Source: an uncultured Cocleimonas sp. (GTDB lineage: Bacteria; Pseudomonadota; Gammaproteobacteria; Thiotrichales; Thiotrichaceae). From it: a DNA stretch of 57,501 nucleotides. The position numbers and the translations under genes were made by a program. The DNA is taken from the NCBI GenBank assembly GCA_964585525.1, contig CAZPEE010000001.1, positions 7,050 through 64,550 of the forward strand. Direction: 5' to 3'. A model generated the notes under the pieces. The model saw only the letters and a program-made list of their open reading frames with translations, was not told where the DNA came from and did no database searches. Below are positions 21,029-33,221 of the stretch, in pieces; the first letter of the stretch is position 1; every line of letters starts with the position of its first letter.

Positions 21029-21964
21029 ATGGCTACCATAAAAACCAAGGAATCTTCATTACCGTATTATATCAGTCTGCTACTGGTGATAACATTGGGC
21101 ATATCACTGGCAAAACTGATGTGGTTGGTTATTACCCCTGTACCTGCCGTAAATGCCAATGTTGAAAATCATACAGCAGTGTCCAATCCTGGTATTAACC
21201 CTCATACCGCTGAGAAAAATTTTGGCAAAATTATTGCTAATTTGCATCTGTTTGGCGAAATTAAAAAAACACCGGTCGTCACAAAAGCACCTGCTAACGA
21301 AGCTCCTAAAGCGCCTCCTCCCGTCAAACTTGATCTTAAATTACACGGTATTGTTGCCTATACCAATAAAAAGGGTTTCGCCCTGATTTCTTCAAATGGA
21401 CAAGCTCAAAAAGTTTATGGGCCGGGTGATAAAATTGACGATAATGAAGATGTTACGGTTACTAAACTTTTTCCAGATAAAGTATTGATTAATAATCGTG
21501 GAACAATCGTGGAATTGCTATTACCCAGAAAAGAAAACAATAAAGCCACTAATATTTCTTTGCCCAGTAGGGGTCAAAACAGTTCTATGCAAAACAGGGG
21601 ACATTCCCCTGTCCCTACTAATTCACATCAACAGCGCCCTAATCCGGCTGCTCCTGATTTATCCCGGTTTCGTCAACAGGTTCTTTCAAATCCGGCTAAA
21701 CTTATGGATGTAGCAACACCATCACCTGTATTTAACGATGAGACGGATGAATTTATGGGATTTAAGGTACAGCCCGGTAGCAACCGTCAAATATTCCGTC
21801 AAATTGGTTTACGCGCCAACGATATCATCACTTCAGTTAACGGAATTGCACTTGATAGCCCACAAAAAGGAGCCCAGGTTCTCGGTGAGCTACAGCAAGC
21901 CTCCTCGATTACGATTGAAGTTAAACGCGGTGACCAAATTTTGACACTTTCCCATAGTTTTTAA
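21029..21964 (+). CDS. gspC: Type II secretion protein C
   Basis: N-terminal TM, HLFG, LKLHGIV HR domain, C-terminal PDZ (GLRANDIITSVNG). Confidence 0.85.
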   Translation: MATIKTKESSLPYYISLLLVITLGISLAKLMWLVITPVPAVNANVENHTAVSNPGINPHTAEKNFGKIIANLHLFGEIKKTPVVTKAPANEAPKAPPPVKLDLKLHGIVAYTNKKGFALISSNGQAQKVYGPGDKIDDNEDVTVTKLFPDKVLINNRGTIVELLLPRKENNKATNISLPSRGQNSSMQNRGHSPVPTNSHQQRPNPAAPDLSRFRQQVLSNPAKLMDVATPSPVFNDETDEFMGFKVQPGSNRQIFRQIGLRANDIITSVNGIALDSPQKGAQVLGELQQASSITIEVKRGDQILTLSHSF

Positions 21965-21967
21965 TGA

Positions 21968-23002
21968 ATGCTTAAGAATTCCGTTCCTGCAATATTCACC
22001 GCCTTACTGCTTTTTTTGGCTTCCTGTTCAGATAGTTCTAATAATCAATTCAAAAAAGTCTTAATACAGGGTAAAACGATGGGTACACGCTACCATGTTA
22101 GCCTAATCGTCAATTACCATTCCCCTTTTAACGATACTAAAAAATTACAACATGATTTAGACGAATTGCTTGCCAAGATTAATCAGCAGATGTCGACCTA
22201 TCTGGATGATTCTGAAATTAGCCGTTTTAATCAATATCAATCGCTTGATTGGTTTCCTGTATCTAATCAATTAATGGATGTTCTGATATCTGCAAATAAA
22301 ATAAATAAACGCTCTGGCGGTGCATTTGATATTACTATCGCTTCACTGGTGGATTTATGGGGATTTGGCCCTGACGTTCGGTTTACCATACCGGATTCTC
22401 AACAAATTAAACACGCTTTAGAACTAACCGGGAACCAATTAATTGAAATACGCGAAAAACCACCATCCATTCGAAAATCTAAAGCCCTGGTTAAAATCGA
22501 CCTTTCAGCCATAGCCAAAGGTTATGCTGTCGATTCGATCAGCCGCTACCTAACTTCTTCCGGTTTTACTAATCATCTTGTTGAGATTGGCGGTGAAATT
22601 GCTGCCAAAGGACATAACAAACAAAACCAGCCCTGGAAAATTAAAATTGAACAACCTGCCAAAAACAGCACACCACAACAACCATTCGTTATTGATTTAC
22701 ATGATTTAGCTATTGCGACTTCAGGCGATTACCGTAATTACTTTGTTAAAGCAAATAAGCGCTATTCTCACACACTGGATCCTGATACTGGAAGACCTGT
22801 TACTCATCATCTCGCCTCAGTCTCTGTACTCGATAAGTCGGCCATGACAGCTGATGCACTTGCTACCGCTATCATGGTTATGGGGGAAAAAAAAGGGCTG
22901 GATTTTGTTAATCAGCATCATATTCCTGCTTTTTTTATTATTCGTAAAAGTGATAATTCCTATCAATATTGGTCAAATATTAAGTCATTAAAAACGCATT
23001 AA
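21968..23002 (+). CDS. apbE: FAD:protein FMN transferase lipoprotein
   Basis: Lipobox LASC, TMGT, DLSAIAKGY, ATSGDYR, ADALAT. Confidence 0.93.
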   Translation: MLKNSVPAIFTALLLFLASCSDSSNNQFKKVLIQGKTMGTRYHVSLIVNYHSPFNDTKKLQHDLDELLAKINQQMSTYLDDSEISRFNQYQSLDWFPVSNQLMDVLISANKINKRSGGAFDITIASLVDLWGFGPDVRFTIPDSQQIKHALELTGNQLIEIREKPPSIRKSKALVKIDLSAIAKGYAVDSISRYLTSSGFTNHLVEIGGEIAAKGHNKQNQPWKIKIEQPAKNSTPQQPFVIDLHDLAIATSGDYRNYFVKANKRYSHTLDPDTGRPVTHHLASVSVLDKSAMTADALATAIMVMGEKKGLDFVNQHHIPAFFIIRKSDNSYQYWSNIKSLKTH

Positions 23003-24561
23003 TCTTTTATCACAAAATACTTATCAGCCAACCAAATCAAAAATAATACGGGCACACCCAATAACGCCGTTAACAAGAAAAAATCTGGGTAACCGATACC
23101 TTCTACGATAGATCCTGAATAACCCCCTAATGTCTTAGGTAATAATGTCATTAAGGAACTAAAAATTGCATATTGCATTGCCGTGAAAGATATATTGGTC
23201 AAACTTGATAAAAAGGCAATAAAAGCGGCACCGGCAAATCCTGCAGCAAAATTATCCGCTGATATAACAATATAAAACAGGGTTAGGTCATGGCCTGACT
23301 TTGCCAATAATAAAAATAATAGATTGGTAGCGGCAGATACTACAGCCCCTAAAAAAAGAATCTTTATCACACCATATCGTATTGATAATGCACCACCCAG
23401 CAAACCACCAAAAATTGCCGCAACAACGCCCCAGACTTTTACACCTGTCGCTATTTCCTTCTTTAAAAAGCCCATATCCTGATAAAAAACATTTGAAATA
23501 GCACCCAATACAATATCAGAAATACGGTAAAGCCCAACTAACAGTAATAATAATATTGCGATGTTTTTTCCATAACGGATAAAGAAATCACGTATAGGTG
23601 AGATATACGCTTCTTCAACCATTTCCTTATTTACAAAATGTAAAATAATCATAATTTTAGCGAGAATTGCAGCAGTTATAATCGCAAACACTAAACGTGC
23701 CGTTTCAATGACTAAACCCATTATTGGCGTGTTAATTGTCATTATTTTTATCAGTGCCTTGATCCCTTTAATCACATCGGCACTGTAAAAAAAGACTGCA
23801 ATAAATCCCGAAACAGCCACCACAAACATGAATAAGAAACGTAAATAATCTATTGTCGAGTGTTCTGTCTGCTTTCCCCGGTCTGGTTCTGAAATAACAA
23901 AGGTGGTTACTATCCCAACCAACATGGTTGCTGCCATAATGATATAAGTCCGCAACCAGGCATCGTAATGATAATTTTGTTTGGTTGTACCAAAATACGC
24001 GGCTAAATATAAAGCCCCAGCACCCGCTATAATCATGCCAACCCTATAACCAACTATATAAGCCGATGACATCATCGCCTGCAGGTCTATATTACTGGAT
24101 GATTCTATTCGGTAAGCATCTATGACTATATCTTGCGTAGCTGATGAAAAACCAAGCAATACAGCAGCGATTGCCATGGTAGTCAATTGAGAAGAACTTG
24201 CCGCGGGATCGGTAAAAGCCATCCACAGTATGGCTGTTATTATGGACAACTGGGCAAGTAATAACCAGGAACGGCGCTGACCAAGTAAGCCCTTTAAAAT
24301 GGGAATGGGTAATTTATCAACTAACGGAGCCCATACAAATTTAAAAGAATATCCCAATGCCGCCCAGCTAAAAAAAGTGATACTGGATTTTTTTAAACCT
24401 GCTTCGCCCAGCCAAAGTGAAAGTGATGAAAATATTAATAGAATCGGTATTCCTGCAGAAAAACCCAGAAATAACATCCTGATAACTGCTGGTTCTGCAA
24501 TTGCTTCCCATGCATCCCGCCAGCTTTTTTTTGGTGTTATTGAGACGCTAGAACCAGGCAT
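22999..24561 (-). CDS. ampG: AmpG-family muropeptide MFS permease
   Basis: LGFSAGIP, KFVWAPLVD, SATQDIVIDAYRIE, TAMQYAIFSS. Confidence 0.93.
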   Translation of the reverse strand: MPGSSVSITPKKSWRDAWEAIAEPAVIRMLFLGFSAGIPILLIFSSLSLWLGEAGLKKSSITFFSWAALGYSFKFVWAPLVDKLPIPILKGLLGQRRSWLLLAQLSIITAILWMAFTDPAASSSQLTTMAIAAVLLGFSSATQDIVIDAYRIESSSNIDLQAMMSSAYIVGYRVGMIIAGAGALYLAAYFGTTKQNYHYDAWLRTYIIMAATMLVGIVTTFVISEPDRGKQTEHSTIDYLRFLFMFVVAVSGFIAVFFYSADVIKGIKALIKIMTINTPIMGLVIETARLVFAIITAAILAKIMIILHFVNKEMVEEAYISPIRDFFIRYGKNIAILLLLLVGLYRISDIVLGAISNVFYQDMGFLKKEIATGVKVWGVVAAIFGGLLGGALSIRYGVIKILFLGAVVSAATNLLFLLLAKSGHDLTLFYIVISADNFAAGFAGAAFIAFLSSLTNISFTAMQYAIFSSLMTLLPKTLGGYSGSIVEGIGYPDFFLLTALLGVPVLFLIWLADKYFVIKD

Positions 24562-25334
24562 TAAGGATTGATCTCGTAATCATACTCAATAATTAAAGGG
24601 GCATGGTCAGAAAACTTTTCTTTTTTATATATTTCTGTTTTTTTGACTTTACCCTTCAACCCTGGTGACAATATTTGATAATCAATTCGCCAGCCTGTGT
24701 TATTAGCGTAAGCCTGGCCCCGGTTTGACCACCAGGTATATGAATGTTCTTCCTGTTTCAATTCACGAAACGCATCAACAAAACCAAGCTCATCAAAAAC
24801 AGTATCTAGCCATGCCCTTTCTTCAGGTAAAAAACCCGAATTCTTCTGATTGCCTTTCCAGTTTTTAATATCTTCATTTTTGTGTGCGATATTCCAGTCA
24901 CCACAAATAATATAGTCCCTACCTGATTGTTTCATCTCTTTCATCTTTGGTAAGAAAAAATCCATACAACGGTATTTAGCTAATTGTCTTTCTTCTTTAG
25001 ATGAGCCTGATGGCATATACAATGAGATGACACTCAATTTTCCAAATTGTGCCTCTATATAGCGCCCCTCAGCGTCAAACTCATCATTACCCATGCCTTC
25101 TATCACTTTAGCTGGTTTATGCTTTGAATAGATCGCTACACCACTATATCCTTTCTTTTGAGCATCATGGTAATAACTATGCATGGGATGAAATACAGGA
25201 TCTTCCAATTGATGAACCTGTGCTTTGGTTTCCTGAATACAAACAACATCTGCACATTGCTTTTCTAGCCACTCAAAGAATCCTTTCCTTGCCGCAGATC
25301 GAATACCATTCGTATTAGCTGTAATTATTTTCAT
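24561..25334 (-). CDS. xth: Exodeoxyribonuclease III family AP endonuclease
   Basis: NTNGIRS, QETK, GDWNIAH, WRIDY, SDHAP. Confidence 0.93.
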   Translation of the reverse strand: MKIITANTNGIRSAARKGFFEWLEKQCADVVCIQETKAQVHQLEDPVFHPMHSYYHDAQKKGYSGVAIYSKHKPAKVIEGMGNDEFDAEGRYIEAQFGKLSVISLYMPSGSSKEERQLAKYRCMDFFLPKMKEMKQSGRDYIICGDWNIAHKNEDIKNWKGNQKNSGFLPEERAWLDTVFDELGFVDAFRELKQEEHSYTWWSNRGQAYANNTGWRIDYQILSPGLKGKVKKTEIYKKEKFSDHAPLIIEYDYEINP

Positions 25335-25379
25335 TTATTTAGTTTAAGATAATTGGGATGCAAACATAGTTTTAAGATT

Positions 25380-27797
<2,418 letters not shown>

Positions 27798-27868
27798 CTA
27801 TTAAATTCAGCTTTTAATTATACCATATTTACACCATATTCATCGTAAAACATGATAAACATCGGGCA

Positions 27869-28960
27869 TCATATATTTTCGATTACACCATGTTTCACGT
27901 GAAACACTTTCGCATTTTCTAATGGTAATTTTTGGATATCTGTAGTGGTGAGTATCAATTGTTGATCAAGTTGGGTAAGAAAGGATAGAAGTTTTTTTTT
28001 GTTGTCAAAATCAAGTTCTGCGGCAAGATCATCAATAATAATGATACCAAGTTTACTATCATTATCGACCTTGATTGATTTGCTTTGTGCTAAAAATAGA
28101 GAAACTGCGAGTAGTTTTAATTGGCCTCGCGATGCACATTGAATCGCAGGAACATTGTCAATCAGAATAGTGATATCAGAACGATGAACTCCAAACATGG
28201 TACGGCCCATTTTCAGATCATTCGCTTCTTTTTCGTTATAAAATTCAAGTAATCTATTTTTTTTAAGATCAATATCAATTGGAAAACCACTTTTGAGTTC
28301 TAACTTAACGTTAATACCACCGAGTAACTCATCGCAAATAGAAGATAAAACAGGATTCAGTAACAGAACAGACTTAAGCCTATATTGATGAATTTCTGAC
28401 TGTAGAGAAACTAATTCGTGTGTCCACTGATCAAGAGCATACCGGTGAGAAGACAATTTTAAACATAAGTTGCGTTGTTTAAGTATATGTTTGTAACGTT
28501 TCCAAAGAGAATAAAAAGCAGGAAAACTATAAAAAGCGATCCAGTCAATAAAGGCCCTGCGTTCACTGGGCGAGCCTGTGATCAATTTAATAGAATCCGG
28601 GTGGATAACGGTAACCGGCAAAAATCGACTCAGCTCAGATTGTGTATGAATATCCTGCTGATTAATACGAATGCTGGTTTTACCAGGTCTTTTCTCAATA
28701 CCAATTTGGGTATAATCATGTATTAGTTGATCAGATCGGATTTTAGAACTAATTAAAACGGACTCTTTGTGATAGTTAATCAACTCTTTTATACGGGATG
28801 TCCTGAAAGAACGGCCACTTGAAAGTAACGTTAATGCTTCGATCAAACTGGATTTTCCGGAGCCATTCTCTCCAACAATAATATTAAATTCTGGAGAAAA
28901 ATCAATTTGGCTATTTTCAATAATCCGGCAGTTTTTAATCGTTAATTTTTCAATCCACAT
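27869..28960 (-). CDS. recF: DNA replication/repair protein RecF
   Basis: GENGSGKS, SRGQ, DDLAAELD; between dnaN and gyrB. Confidence 0.95.
   Translation of the reverse strand: MWIEKLTIKNCRIIENSQIDFSPEFNIIVGENGSGKSSLIEALTLLSSGRSFRTSRIKELINYHKESVLISSKIRSDQLIHDYTQIGIEKRPGKTSIRINQQDIHTQSELSRFLPVTVIHPDSIKLITGSPSERRAFIDWIAFYSFPAFYSLWKRYKHILKQRNLCLKLSSHRYALDQWTHELVSLQSEIHQYRLKSVLLLNPVLSSICDELLGGINVKLELKSGFPIDIDLKKNRLLEFYNEKEANDLKMGRTMFGVHRSDITILIDNVPAIQCASRGQLKLLAVSLFLAQSKSIKVDNDSKLGIIIIDDLAAELDFDNKKKLLSFLTQLDQQLILTTTDIQKLPLENAKVFHVKHGVIENI
27891..27906. other. parS centromere-like site inside recF 3' end
   Basis: Perfect palindrome TGTTTCACGTGAAACA matching the parS consensus, ~2.3 kb from oriC. 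Confidence 0.9.
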
Positions 28961-29004
28961 TAATTATCCTAAAAAACCAGTTAAATGGAGGATTTTGAAA
29001 TAAA

Positions 29005-30123
29005 TTACAAACGGATTGGCATAACTACATAGCGGGTATCTGTATCTTCCGGGGAATAGATAAGTGCACTGCTATCTGCCGAGGTTAATTCGAGTTTGAT
29101 TATTTTATCTTCTATATGGTTTATTGCTTCAAGCATGTAAGTTACATTAAAACCAATATCAAGATCGTCACCAGAATAATGAATATCAAGTTCTTCTTCA
29201 GCTATTTCATTTTCAGGATTATTTGAATGAAGTTTCATTAGACCCGATGATAAAGATATACGTATACCTCTAAATTTTTCGTTCGATAAAATTGCTACCC
29301 GTGAAAGTGTATCCCTGAATTGTTCCCGGTCAAGATCTAGAATATGCAGAGGACTTGATGGTATCGCTGCCTGATAATCAGGAAACTTACCTTCAATAAG
29401 CTTGGATGTGAAACGTATATTGTCTTTGAAAATACGAATATGGTTCTGGCTAACTTGTAACTTAAGTGGAACTTTACAGCTATCATCAAGCAATCGAGAT
29501 AATTCCAAAATGCCTTTTCTGGGAATGATTATACTCAAATGATCATTTTTTTGATCTTCTATGTCTATAAATTCGCTGGATAAATGAGAAGTTGCTAAAC
29601 GGTGGCCATCTGTCGCGACAGCTGTAAGGCCGGTATCGTTATAGTCCAAAAACAATCCATTAAGATAATATCTAACATCCTGATTTGCCATAGAAAAAGA
29701 GACATTATCAATTAAATTTTTAAGTAGGTTTTCAGGTATCATGAATTCTTGATGGATAGGTATATCGTCAAGAATAGGAAATTCATCAGCAGGTAAGGTA
29801 GCCAGTTCAAATCGGCTTCTTAAACCCTTGATCTTCAATCGGTTATCATTTGTCTCTAATAAAATAAAACAGTCGTTAGGTAATGATTTACAGATATCGT
29901 GTAATTTCCTGGCAGGTGCAGTAATTTGTCCTGTTTCTTCCGCCTGGATTTTAATATTAGATGACATTTCAATTTCCAGGTCTGTACCGACCAATTGAAG
30001 GTTATCTTCTGTTAGATTGATTAAAACATTTTCCAGTATTTTACTGGTCTGTTTTTTTTCCACTGCCCCGGCTATATGAGAAAGTTGTTCAACCAGGGAT
30101 TCTTTTGAAATAGTTAGCTTCAT
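29005..30123 (-). CDS. dnaN: DNA polymerase III beta clamp
   Basis: TDLEI, QDVRYYLNG, ATDGHRL, VMPIRL. Confidence 0.98.
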   Translation of the reverse strand: MKLTISKESLVEQLSHIAGAVEKKQTSKILENVLINLTEDNLQLVGTDLEIEMSSNIKIQAEETGQITAPARKLHDICKSLPNDCFILLETNDNRLKIKGLRSRFELATLPADEFPILDDIPIHQEFMIPENLLKNLIDNVSFSMANQDVRYYLNGLFLDYNDTGLTAVATDGHRLATSHLSSEFIDIEDQKNDHLSIIIPRKGILELSRLLDDSCKVPLKLQVSQNHIRIFKDNIRFTSKLIEGKFPDYQAAIPSSPLHILDLDREQFRDTLSRVAILSNEKFRGIRISLSSGLMKLHSNNPENEIAEEELDIHYSGDDLDIGFNVTYMLEAINHIEDKIIKLELTSADSSALIYSPEDTDTRYVVMPIRL

Positions 30124-30399
30124 AGTTAATAATAGTATTTATATATATAAAATAATAGTAGTAATAAGGGTACTAAAAAAATGTGAGTAATGTTTATATA
30201 TTTTTAAAAATCAAAAGGTTATTTAAATAATAACTGTGTACAGTAGTCGCTTAAATCCTTGGTGTACCTGTGCATGGGTTGTGGATAAGTTAAACTTTTT
30301 GATAATGTCTAATTTTATACACAGGTAATACATAAATAATAGTGTAACTACTGCACAACTTATTATGATTCAATTTTGAGTCATTTTTATAGTGATTAT
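30124..30399. other. Probable replication origin oriC (dnaA-dnaN intergenic)
   Basis: DnaA boxes TGTGGATAA 30280-30288 and TTATACACA 30315-30323, weaker TGTGAGTAA 30182-30190; DnaA-trio-like AATAATAGTAGTAATAA 30151-30167 next to GGG; AT-rich DUE 30125-30152. Confidence 0.8.
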
Positions 30400-31824
30400 T
30401 CATCTTGTTAATGTTCTTTCCAGTATTCTGTAGCTTTCATCCAGAGCAGAATCAGAGCTTTTTAATTCTTTAATTTTTCTGCAAGCATGTAAAACAGTGG
30501 TGTGATCCCGGTTGCCAAAATGAGTCCCTATCTCTGGTAAGCTATGGTTTGTCAGCTCTTTAGATAAACTCATGGCAACCTGCCGTGGTCTGGCAATAGA
30601 GCGTGTTCTGCGCTTTGATTCTAAATCTGATGTTTTAATATTGTAATGTTGTGCCACCGTTTTTTTTATGTTGTCAATGGTGACCATTTTATCCTGGCTG
30701 GCTAATTGATCACGTAATGCCTCATGAACAAAATCCAGTGTTATTTCAGTCGTTTGATGTAATCTTAAACTGGCTAAAACGCGTTGTAAGGCTCCCTCTA
30801 AATCACGAATATTGGAACGAAATCGTTTAGCAATAAAAAAAGCGGCATCCTTGGGCATTTCCAGATGATATTGCTCAAGCTTGGTATTTAAGATAGCTAC
30901 CCGTGTTTCAAGTTCAGGGGGGCCTATTTCAACCGTTAATCCCCAATTAAGACGTGATCGTAAACGATCATCAATGCCTTCAACATCGCGGGGATAACGG
31001 TCACTGGTAAGAATGATTTGTTTTTGTCCTTCAAGTAACGCATTGAAAGTATGGAAGAATTCTTCGACTGATCTATTTTTACCGGCAAAAAACTGGATGT
31101 CGTCAATTAACAATGCATCCACAGACCGGTAGTAATTTTTAAATTCATCAATTCGGTGCGTTCGCAGAGCCTTAATCATATCATTAACAAAACGCTCGGA
31201 ATGGAGATAAACAACTTTAGAATCTGGCTTATCATTAAGAATGCTATTGCCAATAGCATGCATTAGATGTGTTTTACCCAGGCCAACACCCCCATAAATA
31301 AATAATGGGTTGTAGGATAACCCCGGGTTTTCTCCTACCTGTTTGGCCGAAGCAACGGCAAGTTGGTTGGATTTACCTTCGACAAAATTATCAAACGTCA
31401 TATTTTTGTTTAAATTATTGGTAAAACTTTTTTGTGTAACCGTTGGTTGGTTATTTAGATTTTCGGAGTAGTTATTATTTGAATTAGGGGTATTATGTGA
31501 AGCTGTTTTGAGGGGTAATCCCTCAGTATTTTGATGTTCAGGATAATCCGTCGTGTCATTATTTATACCACTATAATTTGCCATTGGATCATTCGAGCCA
31601 ATTTGCAAAATAACCTGCATGGAATCATCATGGCTTAATTTTCTGGTGAGTTCGGTAATCCGATCAAGGTGATGGGTTTGCACATATTGTAAAACAAAGG
31701 TGTTGGGAGCCAATAAGACCAGGATGTTATTGTGTTGGGTTCCATGCAGTGTACGCAGCCACGTATTTATTTCCTGGTCAGGCAATGTATTCTCTAGTTG
31801 ATTTAAGCATTGTTGCCAAAGCAT
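30400..31824 (-). CDS. dnaA: Chromosomal replication initiator DnaA
   Basis: YNPLFIYGGVGLGKTHL, LIDDIQF, RDHTTVLHA. Confidence 0.99.
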   Translation of the reverse strand: MLWQQCLNQLENTLPDQEINTWLRTLHGTQHNNILVLLAPNTFVLQYVQTHHLDRITELTRKLSHDDSMQVILQIGSNDPMANYSGINNDTTDYPEHQNTEGLPLKTASHNTPNSNNNYSENLNNQPTVTQKSFTNNLNKNMTFDNFVEGKSNQLAVASAKQVGENPGLSYNPLFIYGGVGLGKTHLMHAIGNSILNDKPDSKVVYLHSERFVNDMIKALRTHRIDEFKNYYRSVDALLIDDIQFFAGKNRSVEEFFHTFNALLEGQKQIILTSDRYPRDVEGIDDRLRSRLNWGLTVEIGPPELETRVAILNTKLEQYHLEMPKDAAFFIAKRFRSNIRDLEGALQRVLASLRLHQTTEITLDFVHEALRDQLASQDKMVTIDNIKKTVAQHYNIKTSDLESKRRTRSIARPRQVAMSLSKELTNHSLPEIGTHFGNRDHTTVLHACRKIKELKSSDSALDESYRILERTLTR

Positions 31825-32153
31825 CTAAAAAATCCTTATTTAACAGCATGTTGTAGTTTACGATAAAGTAATATACAAACAAAAATTAATGAAAAAACGG
31901 TCGTAGAACAGTAGCAGAAAAGCTGAAAATATCAGCGTTTAATACCTAGTGTTATAGTGCAGTACGATAATCAAAAGAAGCATTTGCCAAACCAGAGGGG
32001 ACTTTGGGGGAAGTTATCTGTGTTTTATAAATGCTATTATTCAATGTGTGGTAACACTTTATTGATTATTGATACATTAAAACAATAATTTTAGTAACCA
32101 ACATTTGCGATGATTTTTTTGAAAGCGCGGCTTATCATACTATTATCTTTGAG

Positions 32154-32162
32154 TTATCCACA
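32154..32162 (+). promoter_or_regulatory. DnaA box in the dnaA/rpmH promoter region
   Basis: Perfect TTATCCACA. Confidence 0.75.
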
Positions 32163-32467
32163 AGCCATTTTTGGTTCATATTAATAATCCAAGGCCTTTT
32201 TAAATAAACGTTTAATTGATACAAACAAGTTGACTTTTTTGGTTGTGTAGCGTATTTTCTCCGCCCTTTTGTTTAACTGTTGATAAGCTACTAAACCAGC
32301 ATATATTCGATTCTTTTGACTAGGTTTTATTGTAGAATACTGTCGCTTAGTAGAAAGTTAAACATACTTTAGATTTAAAGGAATTACGGTTGATTTTTTT
32401 AGCGCAGGTTCAAGTTATTAACATTAATCAAAACTCCCTTAAGTCGGATATTAATTAAGGTCTAATC

Positions 32468-32602
32468 ATGAAAAGAACATTTCAACCCAGTAACTTGAAA
32501 CGCAAGCGTACTCACGGTTTTCGTGCACGTATGAGCACGGTAGGTGGCCGTAAAGTATTAAAATCGCGCCGTGCAAAAGGTCGCGCAAGACTTTGTCCGT
32601 AA
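32468..32602 (+). CDS. rpmH: 50S ribosomal protein L34
   Basis: Hand translation [44 protein letters not shown]; below the ORF-track size cutoff. Confidence 0.98.
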   Translation: MKRTFQPSNLKRKRTHGFRARMSTVGGRKVLKSRRAKGRARLCP

Positions 32603-32706
32603 TTTCCAAAAATCGTAATTTCTCTAAATCCCTAAATAAAGCACAAAGCAACGACGGCTATTTTTAAATAGTTTGAAAAGTACTTTGATCTTTTGGAGTA
32701 TTCTAA

Positions 32707-33201
32707 TTGGTTGATTTTACGAAAGAAAAAGGAAATCTCAGCGAAACTGAAGTTGCCACAGTTACTACAAACATCGTTTCTAACCGTTTTGACCGAAAAT
32801 CAAGATTGTTAACGGCAGAGCAATATACCTTTGTTTTTGAAAATGCCAGTCGTTTTGGCAATGCTTATTTTACGGTCCTGGCAAGGAAAAACAATGTGGG
32901 TTATGCACGTTTAGGTTTGGCTATTTCTAAAAAGTGTGCCAAAAGTGCTGTAGACAGGAATCGTATCAAACGACAATTTCGAGAAAGTTTCAGGTTAAAC
33001 CAACATTCATTACCCACTGTTGATATTATCGCTATGTGTAAACCGGCTGCGCTTAAAATTGATAAAAAAGCCATTCGGTATCAAATTGATAAGCAGTGGT
33101 TTTTTATGAAAAAGAAATTTTCAAAAGATCTAGGCACTTCCATTGGTCAAAAAGCTGATCATTCTGCACCACTGCCTTTCACCCGTTCTAATCAGAACTA
33201 A
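32707..33201 (+). CDS. rnpA: Ribonuclease P protein component (start uncertain)
   Basis: RLGLAISKK..KSAVDRNRIKR..RESFR RNR motif; between rpmH and yidC. Confidence 0.93.
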   Translation: MVDFTKEKGNLSETEVATVTTNIVSNRFDRKSRLLTAEQYTFVFENASRFGNAYFTVLARKNNVGYARLGLAISKKCAKSAVDRNRIKRQFRESFRLNQHSLPTVDIIAMCKPAALKIDKKAIRYQIDKQWFFMKKKFSKDLGTSIGQKADHSAPLPFTRSNQN

Positions 33202-33221
33202 GATTTCAAGAGAAGTATTTC

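Noticed and set aside
31440-31600. Long Asn-rich segment in DnaA
   Set aside because: Domain II linker is known to vary in length and composition
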